Positions 54,925-64,000 of a DNA stretch of 64,000 nucleotides are shown piece after piece. Within the stretch, counting starts at the first letter, position 1; the number at the start of each line of letters is the position of its first letter. The notes under the pieces are model-generated. The model ran no database searches and was not told the origin of the DNA. It was given only the letters and a program-made list of their open reading frames with translations. Both the position numbers and the translations under genes were made by a program. Source of the DNA: an uncultured Gammaproteobacteria bacterium (GTDB lineage Bacteria; Patescibacteriota; Patescibacteriia; S139-126). The stretch spans positions 18,141 through 82,140 of the forward strand of contig CAZUKA010000001.1 in assembly GCA_964620905.1 (NCBI GenBank), given 5' to 3'.

Positions 54925-55470
54925 ATGAGCAAACTAAATAATTTGAATACCAAAAAGACTGAAGCGGAAGACGATAAGATCGGTGAGATTAATACCCAAC
55001 AAACAACTACAATTGACGAATTGACCCAGCAGAATCAAGAGTATTTAGCTGGTTGGCAGAGAGCAAAAGCAGATTATTTAAATTTAAAGAAAGAATCGGA
55101 TGAGATTATCGCCAAGTTGCGCAGTGCAGTCAGAGCAGAAATTTTTCTTGAGTGGTTGCCTTATTGGCAAAATTTGATTACGGCGATTGCTCATATTCCA
55201 GTTGATTTGAAAGATACTGATTGGGCACAAGGATTTATTCATATTCAAAGACAGATTGAGAGTTGGTTGCTTGAACATGGTGTCAAAAAAATAAAAACAG
55301 TGGGTGAAAAGTTTGATTATGAGCTACATGAAGCAGTTGAGACAGTCTGGGATGAACAAGTTGCTACTGATGAAATTGTCCAGGAGAAATCACCCGGCTT
55401 TGAGTATCAAGGGCAAGTGATAATTCATCCGAAAGTGGTTGTCAATACACCAACTGATACCAATAAATAA
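54925..55470 (+). CDS. grpE: nucleotide exchange factor GrpE
   Basis: Coiled-coil N-terminus and the C-terminal ...VGEKFDYELHEAVETV...GFEYQGQVIIHPKVVV match GrpE. Sits in the hrcA-grpE-dnaK context. Confidence 0.8.
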   Translation: MSKLNNLNTKKTEAEDDKIGEINTQQTTTIDELTQQNQEYLAGWQRAKADYLNLKKESDEIIAKLRSAVRAEIFLEWLPYWQNLITAIAHIPVDLKDTDWAQGFIHIQRQIESWLLEHGVKKIKTVGEKFDYELHEAVETVWDEQVATDEIVQEKSPGFEYQGQVIIHPKVVVNTPTDTNK

Positions 55471-55536
55471 TTTTACTAATAATTAATTTTCTTGTTTAGG
55501 CAAAACTAGTCTAAACAAGAAGTAAGGAGAAAATAT

Positions 55537-55956
55537 ATGGCTATTATAAAGTGGACACCTTGGCAAGATCCTTTTGAGGAATTTGAAAAAATGTTGCAGA
55601 CGTGGCCGGGTTACCAAAATGTAAAGTCATTTGTACCGGCAGTTGATGTTTATCAAGATGATGATAATGTTTATATTGAAACGCCACTACCTGGAATAAA
55701 AATTTCTGATATCAATATTGCCGTGGAAAATGACGTATTGACTATTGAGGGTAGTCGGGAACACAAAAGTGAAGTTGATGAAAAAAATTATTATCGTCAA
55801 GAAGTTCGTTATGGTAGTTTTCATCGCAGTATCGCTTTGCCTGCTAGTGTCAATGGTGACCGGGCAGAGGCTGAATATCATGACGGTGTTTTGAAAGTCA
55901 CTATTCCTAAAGAGGAAAGAGCCAAGCCAAAAAAGATTGCAATTAAGACAAAATAA
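55537..55956 (+). CDS. Hsp20/alpha-crystallin family small heat-shock protein
   Basis: Alpha-crystallin domain (PAVDVYQDDDNVYIETPLPGIKISDINIAVENDVLTIEG...GSFHRSIALPASV...DGVLKVTIPK). Good SD AAGGAG. Confidence 0.85.
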   Translation: MAIIKWTPWQDPFEEFEKMLQTWPGYQNVKSFVPAVDVYQDDDNVYIETPLPGIKISDINIAVENDVLTIEGSREHKSEVDEKNYYRQEVRYGSFHRSIALPASVNGDRAEAEYHDGVLKVTIPKEERAKPKKIAIKTK

Positions 55957-56276
55957 TGTCAGCACCATTTTCTTCATTGCCAAAAAGATTACATCATCAT
56001 TGTCCTTTATGCGGACAAGGTTTGATTGATAGTGATATTGAAATAATAAATTCTGCCAATGGTCAGATGATGGTTTATGCCACCTGCGGTAGCTGCGGGG
56101 TAGGTGTGATTGCCAAGGTTTCTCTGCTACCGCAGGGCTTGGTGGGCCTTGGGATTTTGACTGATTTGACTCGTGAGGAAATAAACACTGTAAATAGCAA
56201 CAGTCCGGTTAGTGCCGAAGAGGTATTGACTATAAAATTATTGACGGACAGGGGTTATTTGGAAATTAAAGTATAA
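55956..56276 (+). CDS. hypothetical zinc-ribbon protein (two CxxC pairs) translationally coupled to hsp20
   Basis: HHCPLCGQG...ATCGSCG. Its start ATG overlaps the hsp20 stop by 1 nt (TAATG). Located between hsp20 and dnaK. Confidence 0.5.
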   Translation: MSAPFSSLPKRLHHHCPLCGQGLIDSDIEIINSANGQMMVYATCGSCGVGVIAKVSLLPQGLVGLGILTDLTREEINTVNSNSPVSAEEVLTIKLLTDRGYLEIKV

Positions 56277-56296
56277 TAATTATTTAATATAATAAT

Positions 56297-58216
56297 ATGA
56301 GTAGGATTTTAGGAATTGATCTTGGCACCACCAATAGCGCAATGGCCGTAATTGAAGGTGGTCAGCCCAAAATTTTGGAAAATAAAGAAGGTAATCGCAC
56401 TACGCCTTCAGTAGTGGCGATAGCCAAAAACAACGAAAGAATTGTGGGGCAAGCTGCCAAGAGACAGGCAGTTACCAATCCCAGTAATACAGTTTATTCA
56501 GTAAAACGTTTGATTGGTCGTAAATTTTCTGATCCAGAAGTACAAACGGCTATGAAAACTTTGCCTTTTAAGTTAGTCAAAGATACAAAAACTGAAGGAT
56601 GCAAAATCGTCATGGGTGAAAAAGAATATTCACCTCAAGAAATTTCGGCGATGATTTTACAAAAATTGAAAGCCGATGCCGAAAGTAAGTTGGGCGAAAA
56701 GATCGAAGAGGTGATTATTACTGTTCCAGCTTATTTTGATGATTCACAACGTCAAGCTACAAAGGATGCAGGTGAAATAGCTGGACTGAAAGTAAAACGT
56801 ATCATCAATGAACCAACTGCTGCCGCCTTGGCTTATGGTTTTGATAAAAAACGGGATCAAAAAATAGCAATTTATGATTTGGGTGGTGGGACTTTTGATA
56901 TTTCCATTTTGGAAGTATCTGCTGATACAGTTGAAGTTAAGGCCACCAATGGCGATACACATTTGGGTGGTGATGATTTTGATCAAAGGATTATTGATTG
57001 GATTTTGGCTGAATTTAAAAAGGATCAAGGGATTGATTTAGGTGGTGATTCATTGGCCTTGCAAAGAGTTAAAGAATCAGCGGAAAAAGCCAAAATTGAA
57101 TTATCAACCGCTTTGGAAACCGAAATCAATCAACCATTTATTACCCAAGGAGCTGATGGCCCAAAACATTTGGTAATGAAAATAACTCGAACAAAATTGG
57201 AAGAATTGGTAGCTGATTTAGTAGAAAATACTTTAGAGCCAGTTAAGAAAGCCTTGACTGATTCGGGGATAGATAAAGCAAGTATCAATGAGGTAGTAAT
57301 GGTTGGTGGCATGACTAGAATGCCTTTTGTTCAAAAGAAAGTAGAAGAATTTTTTGGTAAAAAACCGAATATGTCTGTTAATCCGGATGAAGTAGTGGCA
57401 ATTGGAGCAGCAGTGCAGGCAGGAGTATTGCAAGGTGAGGTAAAAGATGTTTTATTGTTGGATGTCACTCCGCTTTCTTTGGGCATCGAAACTTTGGGTG
57501 GAGTGATGACAAGGTTAATAGAGCGCAATACTACTATTCCGACATCAAAATCACAAATTTTTTCAACCGCTGCTGACAATCAAACTTCAGTGGAAATCCA
57601 TGTGTTGCAAGGTGAGCGACCCATGGCCCAAGATAACAAATCGTTGGGAAGATTTATTTTGTCTGGTATCCCACCAGCGCCGAGAGGTATTCCTCAAGTT
57701 GAAGTGACATTTGATATTGATGCCAATGGTATTTTGCATGTGAAAGCTATGGATAAAGCTACCAATAAAGAACAGACAATAACCATTACTGCTTCTTCTG
57801 GTTTATCCAAAGAAGAGATTGAACGGATGAAAAAAGAAGCCGAAGTTCATGCTGATGAGGATAAGAAAAAACAAGATTTAATTGAGATAAAAAATGGAGC
57901 CGAATCAGTAATTTTCAGCACGGAAAAAATATTGAAAGAAAATGAAGCAAAAATTCCCGAAGATATTAAAAAAGAGGTAACAGAGAAATTAGAGAATTTA
58001 AAAAAAGTTAAAGACAGTGAGGACTTTGCAACTATCAAACAAGCCATGGAGGAAATGAATCAAACTGCACAAAAAATTGGTCAGGCAATGTATCAGCAAC
58101 AACAAGCCGCAGGTACACAAACTGACAACAATCAAACTAGTCAGGAAGCTAACAATTCTGGTGGTGCCCAAGAAGCAGAATTTGATAAAGACAATAATCC
58201 TCAATCCAATCAATAA
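56297..58216 (+). CDS. dnaK: molecular chaperone DnaK (Hsp70)
   Basis: [35 protein letters not shown] and other Hsp70 signatures. 639 aa. Confidence 0.95.
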   Translation: MSRILGIDLGTTNSAMAVIEGGQPKILENKEGNRTTPSVVAIAKNNERIVGQAAKRQAVTNPSNTVYSVKRLIGRKFSDPEVQTAMKTLPFKLVKDTKTEGCKIVMGEKEYSPQEISAMILQKLKADAESKLGEKIEEVIITVPAYFDDSQRQATKDAGEIAGLKVKRIINEPTAAALAYGFDKKRDQKIAIYDLGGGTFDISILEVSADTVEVKATNGDTHLGGDDFDQRIIDWILAEFKKDQGIDLGGDSLALQRVKESAEKAKIELSTALETEINQPFITQGADGPKHLVMKITRTKLEELVADLVENTLEPVKKALTDSGIDKASINEVVMVGGMTRMPFVQKKVEEFFGKKPNMSVNPDEVVAIGAAVQAGVLQGEVKDVLLLDVTPLSLGIETLGGVMTRLIERNTTIPTSKSQIFSTAADNQTSVEIHVLQGERPMAQDNKSLGRFILSGIPPAPRGIPQVEVTFDIDANGILHVKAMDKATNKEQTITITASSGLSKEEIERMKKEAEVHADEDKKKQDLIEIKNGAESVIFSTEKILKENEAKIPEDIKKEVTEKLENLKKVKDSEDFATIKQAMEEMNQTAQKIGQAMYQQQQAAGTQTDNNQTSQEANNSGGAQEAEFDKDNNPQSNQ

Positions 58217-58229
58217 TTAATTAAGCCTA

Positions 58230-58250
58230 AAGCGGGGTAAAGCCCCGCTT
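58230..58250 (+). terminator. candidate terminator hairpin (aagcgggg-taaag-ccccgctt)
   Basis: 8-bp GC-rich stem 14 nt after the dnaK stop. The U-tract is interrupted (acaggttaaaaaaaattt), so termination may be partial. Confidence 0.5.
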
Positions 58251-58268
58251 ACAGGTTAAAAAAAATTT

Positions 58269-58562
58269 ATGGACAATCAAAATCAACAATCCATGCAAAT
58301 AAAAATTGAAGATGCGGTATTGAAAGGAGTCTATGCCAATGCTCTGCAAGTCGGGCACACAAAAGAAGAGTTTATTTTAGATTTTATGAATCTAGTGCCA
58401 CCGCAAGGTATCGCCGTGTCGCGAGTGTTTTTAAGCCCGGGTCATATGAAAAGAATTGCCTCGGCTATTTTGGATAATTTAAAAAAATATGAAGACCAGT
58501 TTGGCAAAATCGCCGAAGCTCAAGCACCAAAAAATGAACAAAAATTAGGATTCAATGGATAA
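58269..58562 (+). CDS. small hypothetical protein (DUF3467-like), between dnaK and dnaJ
   Basis: 97 aa. VYANALQVGHTKEEFILDFMN pattern. Family assignment is from memory and uncertain. Confidence 0.4.
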   Translation: MDNQNQQSMQIKIEDAVLKGVYANALQVGHTKEEFILDFMNLVPPQGIAVSRVFLSPGHMKRIASAILDNLKKYEDQFGKIAEAQAPKNEQKLGFNG

Positions 58563-58646
58563 GATTTAAAACACGTTATACATAGCACGTGGCTTGTAAT
58601 ATGATAATATAAAATATTAAACAAATTTATTATTAATTTTAATATT

Positions 58647-58709
58647 ATGAAAAAATATAATGGTCCAGAAGCTGAGTGTGGTTGTGAAGATTGTGGTTGT
58701 GGAAAGTAG
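58647..58709 (+). CDS. candidate micro-ORF encoding a 20-aa Cys-rich peptide (MKKYNGPEAECGCEDCGCGK)
   Basis: Short ORF with an ATG, lying in an AT-rich leader 60 nt upstream of dnaJ. Four Cys in CGC..CGCG spacing. It is below the tracker size cutoff and may be non-coding. Confidence 0.2.
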   Translation: MKKYNGPEAECGCEDCGCGK

Positions 58710-58770
58710 AATAGAATGAAGAGAGAATTTAGAATATTGATTCTAGATTCAAATTTCTAGATTCAAATTT

Positions 58771-59892
58771 ATGTCTAAGGATTATTACGAAATTTTGGGT
58801 GTGAAAAAAAATGCTACCGCTGAGGAGATAAAAAAAGCTTTTCGACAACTGGCTCACCAATATCATCCTGATAAAGGAAATGGCGATGATAAAAAATTCA
58901 AAGAAATAAATGAAGCTTATCAAGTACTGGGCAATACGGAAAAAAGAAAACAGTACGATCAGTTTGGTCAAAGTTTTTCTGGGGCAGGTCCAGGCGGGAT
59001 GAACTGGCAGGATTTTGCTAGAGCTCAACAACAAGGCGGATTTGATTTTTCCCAAGGGTTCCAAGGGGTTAATTTTGATTTTGGCGAGATGGGTGATATA
59101 GAAGATTTATTTTCGGGAATTTTTGGTGGTTCATTTCGATCAGGCAGAAACAGTAAAAAAAATACTCGGGGTCGTGATTTATCTTTGACTTTGACGGTTG
59201 ATTTTTTTGAAGCAGTGTTTGGGGCAAAAAAAACTATCAACCTAACCAGACAAATTTTATGTGACATCTGCCAGGGAAGTGGCGCCAAAGTAAATAGTAA
59301 AGTTTCTACTTGTTCACAGTGTCAAGGTCGGGGTCAAATTGAGACAGTGACTAGGTCTTTCTTTGGTATGATGAGATCAACCCAAATTTGTCCCACTTGC
59401 CAGGGTGATGGTCAAATCATCACCGAAAAATGTACGCAGTGTCATGGTAGTGGCTTGATGCGTAAACAAGAGACCATCAACGTCGAAATACCAGCTGGGG
59501 CTGACAATGGAGTTACTTTGAAATTTTCTGGACGGGGGGATATTGTCAATAAAAAAGGTCAGCCGGGGGATTTGTATATCAATTTACATGTTAATCCTAA
59601 TCCAAAATTTAATCGGCAGGGCAGTGATATTCAGCAAAATTTACATATCAATTTTTCACAAGCAGCTTTGGGTGATAAGGTGCCGGTTGAGACAGTTGAT
59701 GGTGAGGTTAAATTGAAAATTCCAGCTGGAATCGCTTCGGGTACGGTACTTAAACTATCAGGGCAGGGAGTGCCACATATGAATCGACGTGGTCGGGGTG
59801 ATCATTTGGTAAAGGTTATTATTGATGTGCCCAAGAGCTTGAATCGTCAGCAAAAAAAGTTGTTGACTGAATTACAGCAGACAGGATTATAG
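58771..59892 (+). CDS. dnaJ: molecular chaperone DnaJ (Hsp40, type I)
   Basis: J-domain DYYEILGV...[10 protein letters not shown]-rich linker, four CxxCxGxG zinc-finger repeats ([32 protein letters not shown]), and a C-terminal domain. Confidence 0.95.
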   Translation: MSKDYYEILGVKKNATAEEIKKAFRQLAHQYHPDKGNGDDKKFKEINEAYQVLGNTEKRKQYDQFGQSFSGAGPGGMNWQDFARAQQQGGFDFSQGFQGVNFDFGEMGDIEDLFSGIFGGSFRSGRNSKKNTRGRDLSLTLTVDFFEAVFGAKKTINLTRQILCDICQGSGAKVNSKVSTCSQCQGRGQIETVTRSFFGMMRSTQICPTCQGDGQIITEKCTQCHGSGLMRKQETINVEIPAGADNGVTLKFSGRGDIVNKKGQPGDLYINLHVNPNPKFNRQGSDIQQNLHINFSQAALGDKVPVETVDGEVKLKIPAGIASGTVLKLSGQGVPHMNRRGRGDHLVKVIIDVPKSLNRQQKKLLTELQQTGL

Positions 59893-59893
59893 T

Positions 59894-60631
59894 ATGATAA
59901 TTACCCCCATCAGAACTCGGGTTTTAAAACCACCTCAAACTGATTTGTGGCCGGTTTTAGAAAATTTGCATTTGGTTGAGAAAAATATATTGGTGGTAAC
60001 TTCAAAAATAGTCAGTCTTCATCAGGGAAGATGTATAAAAATTGATACAAAGAATCAAACCGAACAAAAACTGGGGTTGATTATGCAAGAGGCCGATGAA
60101 TTTTTGTCTAGGCAAACGACCAAAAATTTAAAAATTTCTTTGTTGACCAAAAAATATGGTTTGGTAGTAGGTAGCGCGGGAATTGATGAATCAAACGGTG
60201 ATGGATATTTTATTTTGTGGCCAGACAACCCAGCCAAGTTTGTCAAAAAACTATATGACTGGTTGCAAAATAAATATGGTTTGTCTGATTTTGGTGTAGT
60301 TATTGTTGATACCATCAAGCGACCTTTTCGGCGGGGGGCAGTGGGTTTTGCTGTTGCTCATTATGGATTTAAGGCCCTGTACAGTTATCGCCAGCAAAAA
60401 GATTTATTTGGTCGTCAGTTTAAATCAGAACAAGTAAACTTGACTGATGCTATAGCAGCAGCAGCGGTATTGGTTATGGGTGAAGGCAATGAACAAACGC
60501 CACTAGCACTAGTTGAGGATATTCCCCAGATAGAATTTTTTGCTGGAAGTGATGAGGTTGCTGTGGCAGGGAGAGATGATTATTTTTCTGGTTTGGTTGA
60601 TGAGAGCAAGTGGAAAAAAATAAATTACTAA
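59894..60631 (+). CDS. CofE-like ligase family protein (coenzyme F420-0:L-glutamate ligase fold)
   Basis: MIITPIRTRVLKPPQTDLWPVLENLHLVEKNILVVTSKIVSLHQGR parallels the CofE N-terminus (IPVKTPLI.PGDDL....L.DGDVVVVSSKVVSKAEGR). A specific substrate is not inferable. Confidence 0.55.
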   Translation: MIITPIRTRVLKPPQTDLWPVLENLHLVEKNILVVTSKIVSLHQGRCIKIDTKNQTEQKLGLIMQEADEFLSRQTTKNLKISLLTKKYGLVVGSAGIDESNGDGYFILWPDNPAKFVKKLYDWLQNKYGLSDFGVVIVDTIKRPFRRGAVGFAVAHYGFKALYSYRQQKDLFGRQFKSEQVNLTDAIAAAAVLVMGEGNEQTPLALVEDIPQIEFFAGSDEVAVAGRDDYFSGLVDESKWKKINY

Positions 60632-60764
60632 TTATCAATAATTAATTACTAATCAATTATTTAATTAATAAATTTTTTAATTATAGCATTCATTAGTTAT
60701 TAGTAATTTGTTATTAATCATTTTTATTGTTTAATACTAAGTAAAAAGGTGTTATAATTAGGTT

Positions 60765-61328
60765 ATGTTATCATTACTTACTACCACTGCAGCTCAGTTT
60801 AACTTTGATTTTTGGTTGGCTGATTTTGATTGGTCCAGTCCCAGTTGGGATTTATTGGTTATTTTATTTATAGTCTTTGGAGGGCTTATTTATGGCATGA
60901 GTTTGGGTCGTGATCGATTGGCTTTGTTGACCGTAGCTATTTATGTTTCTTTGGCTTTGGTCAACACCGCACCTTTTGTTGATCATGAATTTGCGGCTAA
61001 AGTGAATTTTGCTGGTTATGCTATTGATATAAAAATAGTAGCTTTTTTGGGTCTGTTATTTTTACTGATGTTTTTTTTAGCCCGGGGAGCACTGTTTAGA
61101 AGTTTATTGGGCGGTGAGATTAGCCGGGGTTTTTGGCAAGCTTTGTTTCTGAGTTTTGCTCATACTGGATTATTAGTGGCGATTGTGATGAATTATTTAC
61201 CAGCTGGTGCAGTGAATAATTTTTCCGATTCGGTCAGAAATGTATTTTTTGGTCAGTGGCAGCTATTTTGGTGGTTACTGACGCCAATTGTTATTATGAT
61301 AGTATTTAAGACCAAGAGAAAAGACTAG
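60765..61328 (+). CDS. integral membrane protein, unknown function (4-5 TM)
   Basis: Hydrophobic ORF followed by a hairpin terminator. Confidence 0.5.
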   Translation: MLSLLTTTAAQFNFDFWLADFDWSSPSWDLLVILFIVFGGLIYGMSLGRDRLALLTVAIYVSLALVNTAPFVDHEFAAKVNFAGYAIDIKIVAFLGLLFLLMFFLARGALFRSLLGGEISRGFWQALFLSFAHTGLLVAIVMNYLPAGAVNNFSDSVRNVFFGQWQLFWWLLTPIVIMIVFKTKRKD

Positions 61329-61360
61329 ATATTAAATAATTTTAAATTATTAATTATAAA

Positions 61361-61390
61361 TTATAAAATACTTAATTGAGTATTTTTTTT
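61361..61390. terminator. bidirectional terminator hairpin (aatact-taattg-agtatt + T-run) overlapping the Dus gene stop codon
   Basis: 6-bp AT-rich stem followed by eight T's on the plus strand. Convergent gene pair. Confidence 0.5.
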
Positions 61391-62415
61391 ATTTCTTCCA
61401 AACTATTTATTCGTACTAGTTGATCGCGTAATTGTTTTGCTTGTGGCCAACCTTTGACGTACCAGGACAGATGTTTTCTTAGTTCAATAAGTCCTCGTTG
61501 TCCTTTTTCACCAAAGGCAATACTAGCATGTTCAATAATAAAATTTTTAATTTGTTCGGAGTCAAATTCATCGTATTTTCCGGTGGCCAGTAAATTTTTA
61601 GTTTGTTGAAAAAGCCAGGGTTTACCCCAAGCGCCACGGGCAATACCCACGCCATCTGCCCCAGTTTCAGTGAGCATAGTTTTGGCAATTTCTGGAGTAG
61701 TTATGCCGCCATTGTATAATAGAACTTTATTCCAAATTTTCCTTACTTGTTTGACAATATCAATATTTGGTAGGCCATCAAATGGTCGTTCAAAACTGCG
61801 GGCATGGAGCATGATGGCAGCTAGGGGGAGATGTTTGATAGTTTGGACTAAATCCAAGGCTGTGATTTCATTTAAATCATTGTTTGGTCCGCAATCAGTT
61901 GGATCAATAGTTTTTTCCAGTTGACCCTCAATGAAACCATGATCAGTAGTACGTTTTATTTTTTTTGGTGAAGAATTTTTTTTGATACTGGCTCTTATTT
62001 TTATTGATACGGGGATGGAAACATTTTCAATCAAAGCTTGTACCAATTCAGCACAACGGTTTGGTTCCTTCATCAAACTCACTCCACCACCGTGTCTGAC
62101 TACTTTGTAAGCTGGACAACCAAAATTTATATCAATACCATCAAAACCAAGACTTTCCAAAATTTTCCCGGCCCGAGCAAACATTTCCGGTTGATTGCCA
62201 AAAATTTGTACTACCACTGGTCGCTCGTCTTCCGCAAAACGTATCATTTCCAGAGTTTTTTTTGATTTGTACACCAGCGCATCAGCTGAAGCAAATTCTG
62301 TATAGATTACATCAGCTCCAAATTTTTTGCACATTTGCCGAAAAGCAATATCCGTGACTCCGGCCATAGGAGCCAAGGCAAGGATGGGTTTATTTAATTT
62401 TTGCCAAAAGTTCAT
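61372..62415 (-). CDS. dus: tRNA-dihydrouridine synthase (Dus family, DusB-like) with an internal insertion
   Basis: ILALAPMAGVTDIAFRQMCKKFGADVIYTEFASADALVY and later IDINFGCPA...IMLHARSF... match the Dus TIM-barrel. About 40 extra residues (KKNSSPKKIKRTTDHGFIEGQLEKTIDPTDCGPNND) interrupt it. Confidence 0.85.
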   Translation of the reverse strand: MNFWQKLNKPILALAPMAGVTDIAFRQMCKKFGADVIYTEFASADALVYKSKKTLEMIRFAEDERPVVVQIFGNQPEMFARAGKILESLGFDGIDINFGCPAYKVVRHGGGVSLMKEPNRCAELVQALIENVSIPVSIKIRASIKKNSSPKKIKRTTDHGFIEGQLEKTIDPTDCGPNNDLNEITALDLVQTIKHLPLAAIMLHARSFERPFDGLPNIDIVKQVRKIWNKVLLYNGGITTPEIAKTMLTETGADGVGIARGAWGKPWLFQQTKNLLATGKYDEFDSEQIKNFIIEHASIAFGEKGQRGLIELRKHLSWYVKGWPQAKQLRDQLVRINSLEEIKKILN

Positions 62416-62491
62416 ATTATAATTATAGCATTTAATTGCATTAATTTATTCAATATTGTATAGTTATATTATCTTATTGATAAATAAATTT

Positions 62492-62911
62492 ATGAGTCTA
62501 GAAATGCCAAAAGTAGTCAAAAAAGAAACTGAAAATAAAAGAGAAAAAATAAACCCACAGGAAGCTATGCATAATATTATTTACCACGCTGATAGTATTA
62601 TGATTAAGGCAAAAACAGTTTTGGCATTTTTAGAAAAATCAAAATCAGAAAAAATCGATGTAAATATAGACGATAAAATTAGCGAATTTGGCCAGGCAGG
62701 AGAAGTTGAGAAACAATTAATTGATATTTGGAATAAATTAGGAGAACTCAATAATTCTATGTTTGAACAGGGAGTAAAAATGGACGGGGAAGAATTAAGG
62801 GAACGGCTCAATGGAATAGATGATGATTTAATTTTTTCTAAGTTTGAACAGGGAGTAAAAATGGATGAAAACGAAGCAAAAGAACATCTTGATAAAGTTG
62901 ATAGTGAATAA
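62492..62911 (+). CDS. hypothetical acidic protein with internal duplicated motif (MFEQGVKMDGEE... / KFEQGVKMDENE...)
   Basis: Start at Met 62492 (MSLEMPK) preferred. Followed by hairpin terminator 62936-62960 (aaacccg-gcattagt-cgggttt + TTT). Confidence 0.45.
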   Translation: MSLEMPKVVKKETENKREKINPQEAMHNIIYHADSIMIKAKTVLAFLEKSKSEKIDVNIDDKISEFGQAGEVEKQLIDIWNKLGELNNSMFEQGVKMDGEELRERLNGIDDDLIFSKFEQGVKMDENEAKEHLDKVDSE

Positions 62912-62935
62912 TAGTTTATTGATTTTTTTAAATTA

Positions 62936-62960
62936 AAACCCGGCATTAGTCGGGTTTTTT
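62936..62960. terminator. intrinsic terminator hairpin (aaacccg-gcattagt-cgggttt)
   Basis: 7-bp stem followed by a T-run, between convergent genes. Confidence 0.55.
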
Positions 62961-62970
62961 AGAAAGTATT

Positions 62971-63282
62971 TTATATACCTAAAGCGGGTGGGATTTTAAC
63001 CCTGATAGGTTTTTTGTATATATACCTCAAAAAGAAGCTTCGGCATTCTATACTATCCTCATCATTGATACTCGCATCATATTTTTTGAAAAAAGATATA
63101 TCGTGTCTCTGGCAGGCTTCTCTGATTTCAGCTATGAGTAGATTGGTTTGTTTTTCAGCTTCTTGTTCATTAGTAGCCAACAATTCCAGACTAATATATT
63201 TGTCAAAATTTACCGGATCTCCGACTGATGTTTCTCCGTCAACATGAAGAGTAAAGTTGAGAGTCCATTTACCTTTTTCCAT
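62971..63282 (-). CDS. hypothetical protein (103 aa)
   Basis: ORF only; no recognisable family. Confidence 0.4.
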   Translation of the reverse strand: MEKGKWTLNFTLHVDGETSVGDPVNFDKYISLELLATNEQEAEKQTNLLIAEIREACQRHDISFFKKYDASINDEDSIECRSFFLRYIYKKPIRVKIPPALGI

Positions 63283-63418
63283 TTTTCCTCCAGTTTGTGA
63301 TTATTTTGTATGTGCGGATTATTTATCCTAATATATTTTGTTTGGAAAATCAAATGCATAATTGTAGCAAACAAAAATTAAATATAGTATAATTAACCAA
63401 ACAAGTTTAGATTTTTTT

Positions 63419-63904
63419 ATGACAGCAAAAATTTTATTTGTATGTAATGGCAATATTTATCGAAGTATGGTAGCTGAATACTGTTTAAAAAAATATTTAA
63501 AATTACATCATATTAGTAATTGGCAGGTAAAATCAGCCGGGGTTACGGCCAAAAAACAAAAGATTCACATTAATACAAAACAAGCGTTAGCAAAAATAGG
63601 AATTAATAGGATTAGGCATGAGCAGCATAAACTTACCAAGAAAATGTTAAGTGATGCAAATATAGTTATTGCTATGGCAGAAGATCAAAAAAAGTATATT
63701 AAGGAAATTTTTGGTTTTGGATCAGTTAAATTATTTAATCAACTGGCTGTGAATTCCAATGAATCAATTTGGGATGTTAAAGACAATGTTCGTGATTACA
63801 AAAAAAACGAGCCAGCGGTAGCGAATGAAATTATAAAAACAATAAATTACATTCAGAAAAATACGGGAAAATTGTATCGTCGCCTTGTAAAACTTAGTTT
63901 ATAA
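63419..63904 (+). CDS. low-molecular-weight protein-tyrosine phosphatase (LMW-PTP/arsenate-reductase fold)
   Basis: P-loop KILFVCNGNIYRS (C-X5-R-S) at the N-terminus. Size is 161 aa. Confidence 0.75.
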   Translation: MTAKILFVCNGNIYRSMVAEYCLKKYLKLHHISNWQVKSAGVTAKKQKIHINTKQALAKIGINRIRHEQHKLTKKMLSDANIVIAMAEDQKKYIKEIFGFGSVKLFNQLAVNSNESIWDVKDNVRDYKKNEPAVANEIIKTINYIQKNTGKLYRRLVKLSL

Positions 63905-63964
63905 TTTATTAAAAAAATTTTTGGCAGTGTAGCTAGTAGAAAAGAAATATTGTATAATTAAGTC

Positions 63965-64000
63965 ATGAGAAAAATTTCCTGTTTGGTAATTGGTGGAGCA
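63965..64000 (+). CDS. 3'-truncated ORF start (MRKISCLVIGGA..., possible dinucleotide-binding protein)
   Basis: ATG at 63965 followed by a VIGGA glycine-rich beginning. Runs off the window edge. Confidence 0.3.
   Translation, partial: MRKISCLVIGGA

Overview
The window reads as a low-GC (about 33%), densely packed bacterial chromosome segment whose gene content suggests an uncultivated CPR/Patescibacteria-like organism (inference from sequence only). Its intergenic regions are unusually rich in repeats. From start to end it contains:
- two paralogous membrane-anchored surface proteins;
- a 2-oxoacid:ferredoxin oxidoreductase alpha/beta pair, rlmH, a beta-CASP MBL-fold RNase, tRNA-Pro(CGG), and an HtrA-like protease;
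- an ECF sigma factor with a coupled anti-sigma-like gene;
- a 1174-aa Ser/Thr/Gly-rich S-layer-like secreted protein with atypical codon usage and a long structured upstream region;
- a TPR protein and an O-antigen-ligase(Wzy_C)-TPR fusion membrane protein;
- a lipase-like surface protein, a GIY-YIG gene flanked by 63-bp perfect direct repeats, and a frameshifted HigB-like toxin next to an intact HigA-like antitoxin;
- a roughly 20-kb minus-strand glycan biosynthesis island (26372-48923) carrying GDP-fucose synthesis (gmd, fcl), a GT11 fucosyltransferase, several GT2/GT4 glycosyltransferases, a DegT aminotransferase, two methyltransferases and a Wzx flippase, followed by WbaP and a GtrA/GT2 pair;
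- an S8 subtilase with FG-GAP-like repeats and a HlyD-ABC-FtsX-FtsX exporter;
- a heat-shock locus (CIRCE-hrcA-grpE-hsp20-zinc ribbon ORF-dnaK-DUF-dnaJ), a CofE-like ligase, a Dus tRNA-dihydrouridine synthase and an LMW protein-tyrosine phosphatase.
The main system-level hypothesis is a protein O-glycosylation pathway aimed at the S-layer-like protein: WbaP-initiated, Wzx-dependent assembly of a fucose-containing, methylated glycan, with the O-antigen-ligase/TPR protein as candidate oligosaccharyltransferase. The intergenic repeats include several distinct families of palindromic elements, 7-nt-periodic AT-rich tracts directly upstream of start codons, and a multi-family repeat hotspot at 21130-21917.
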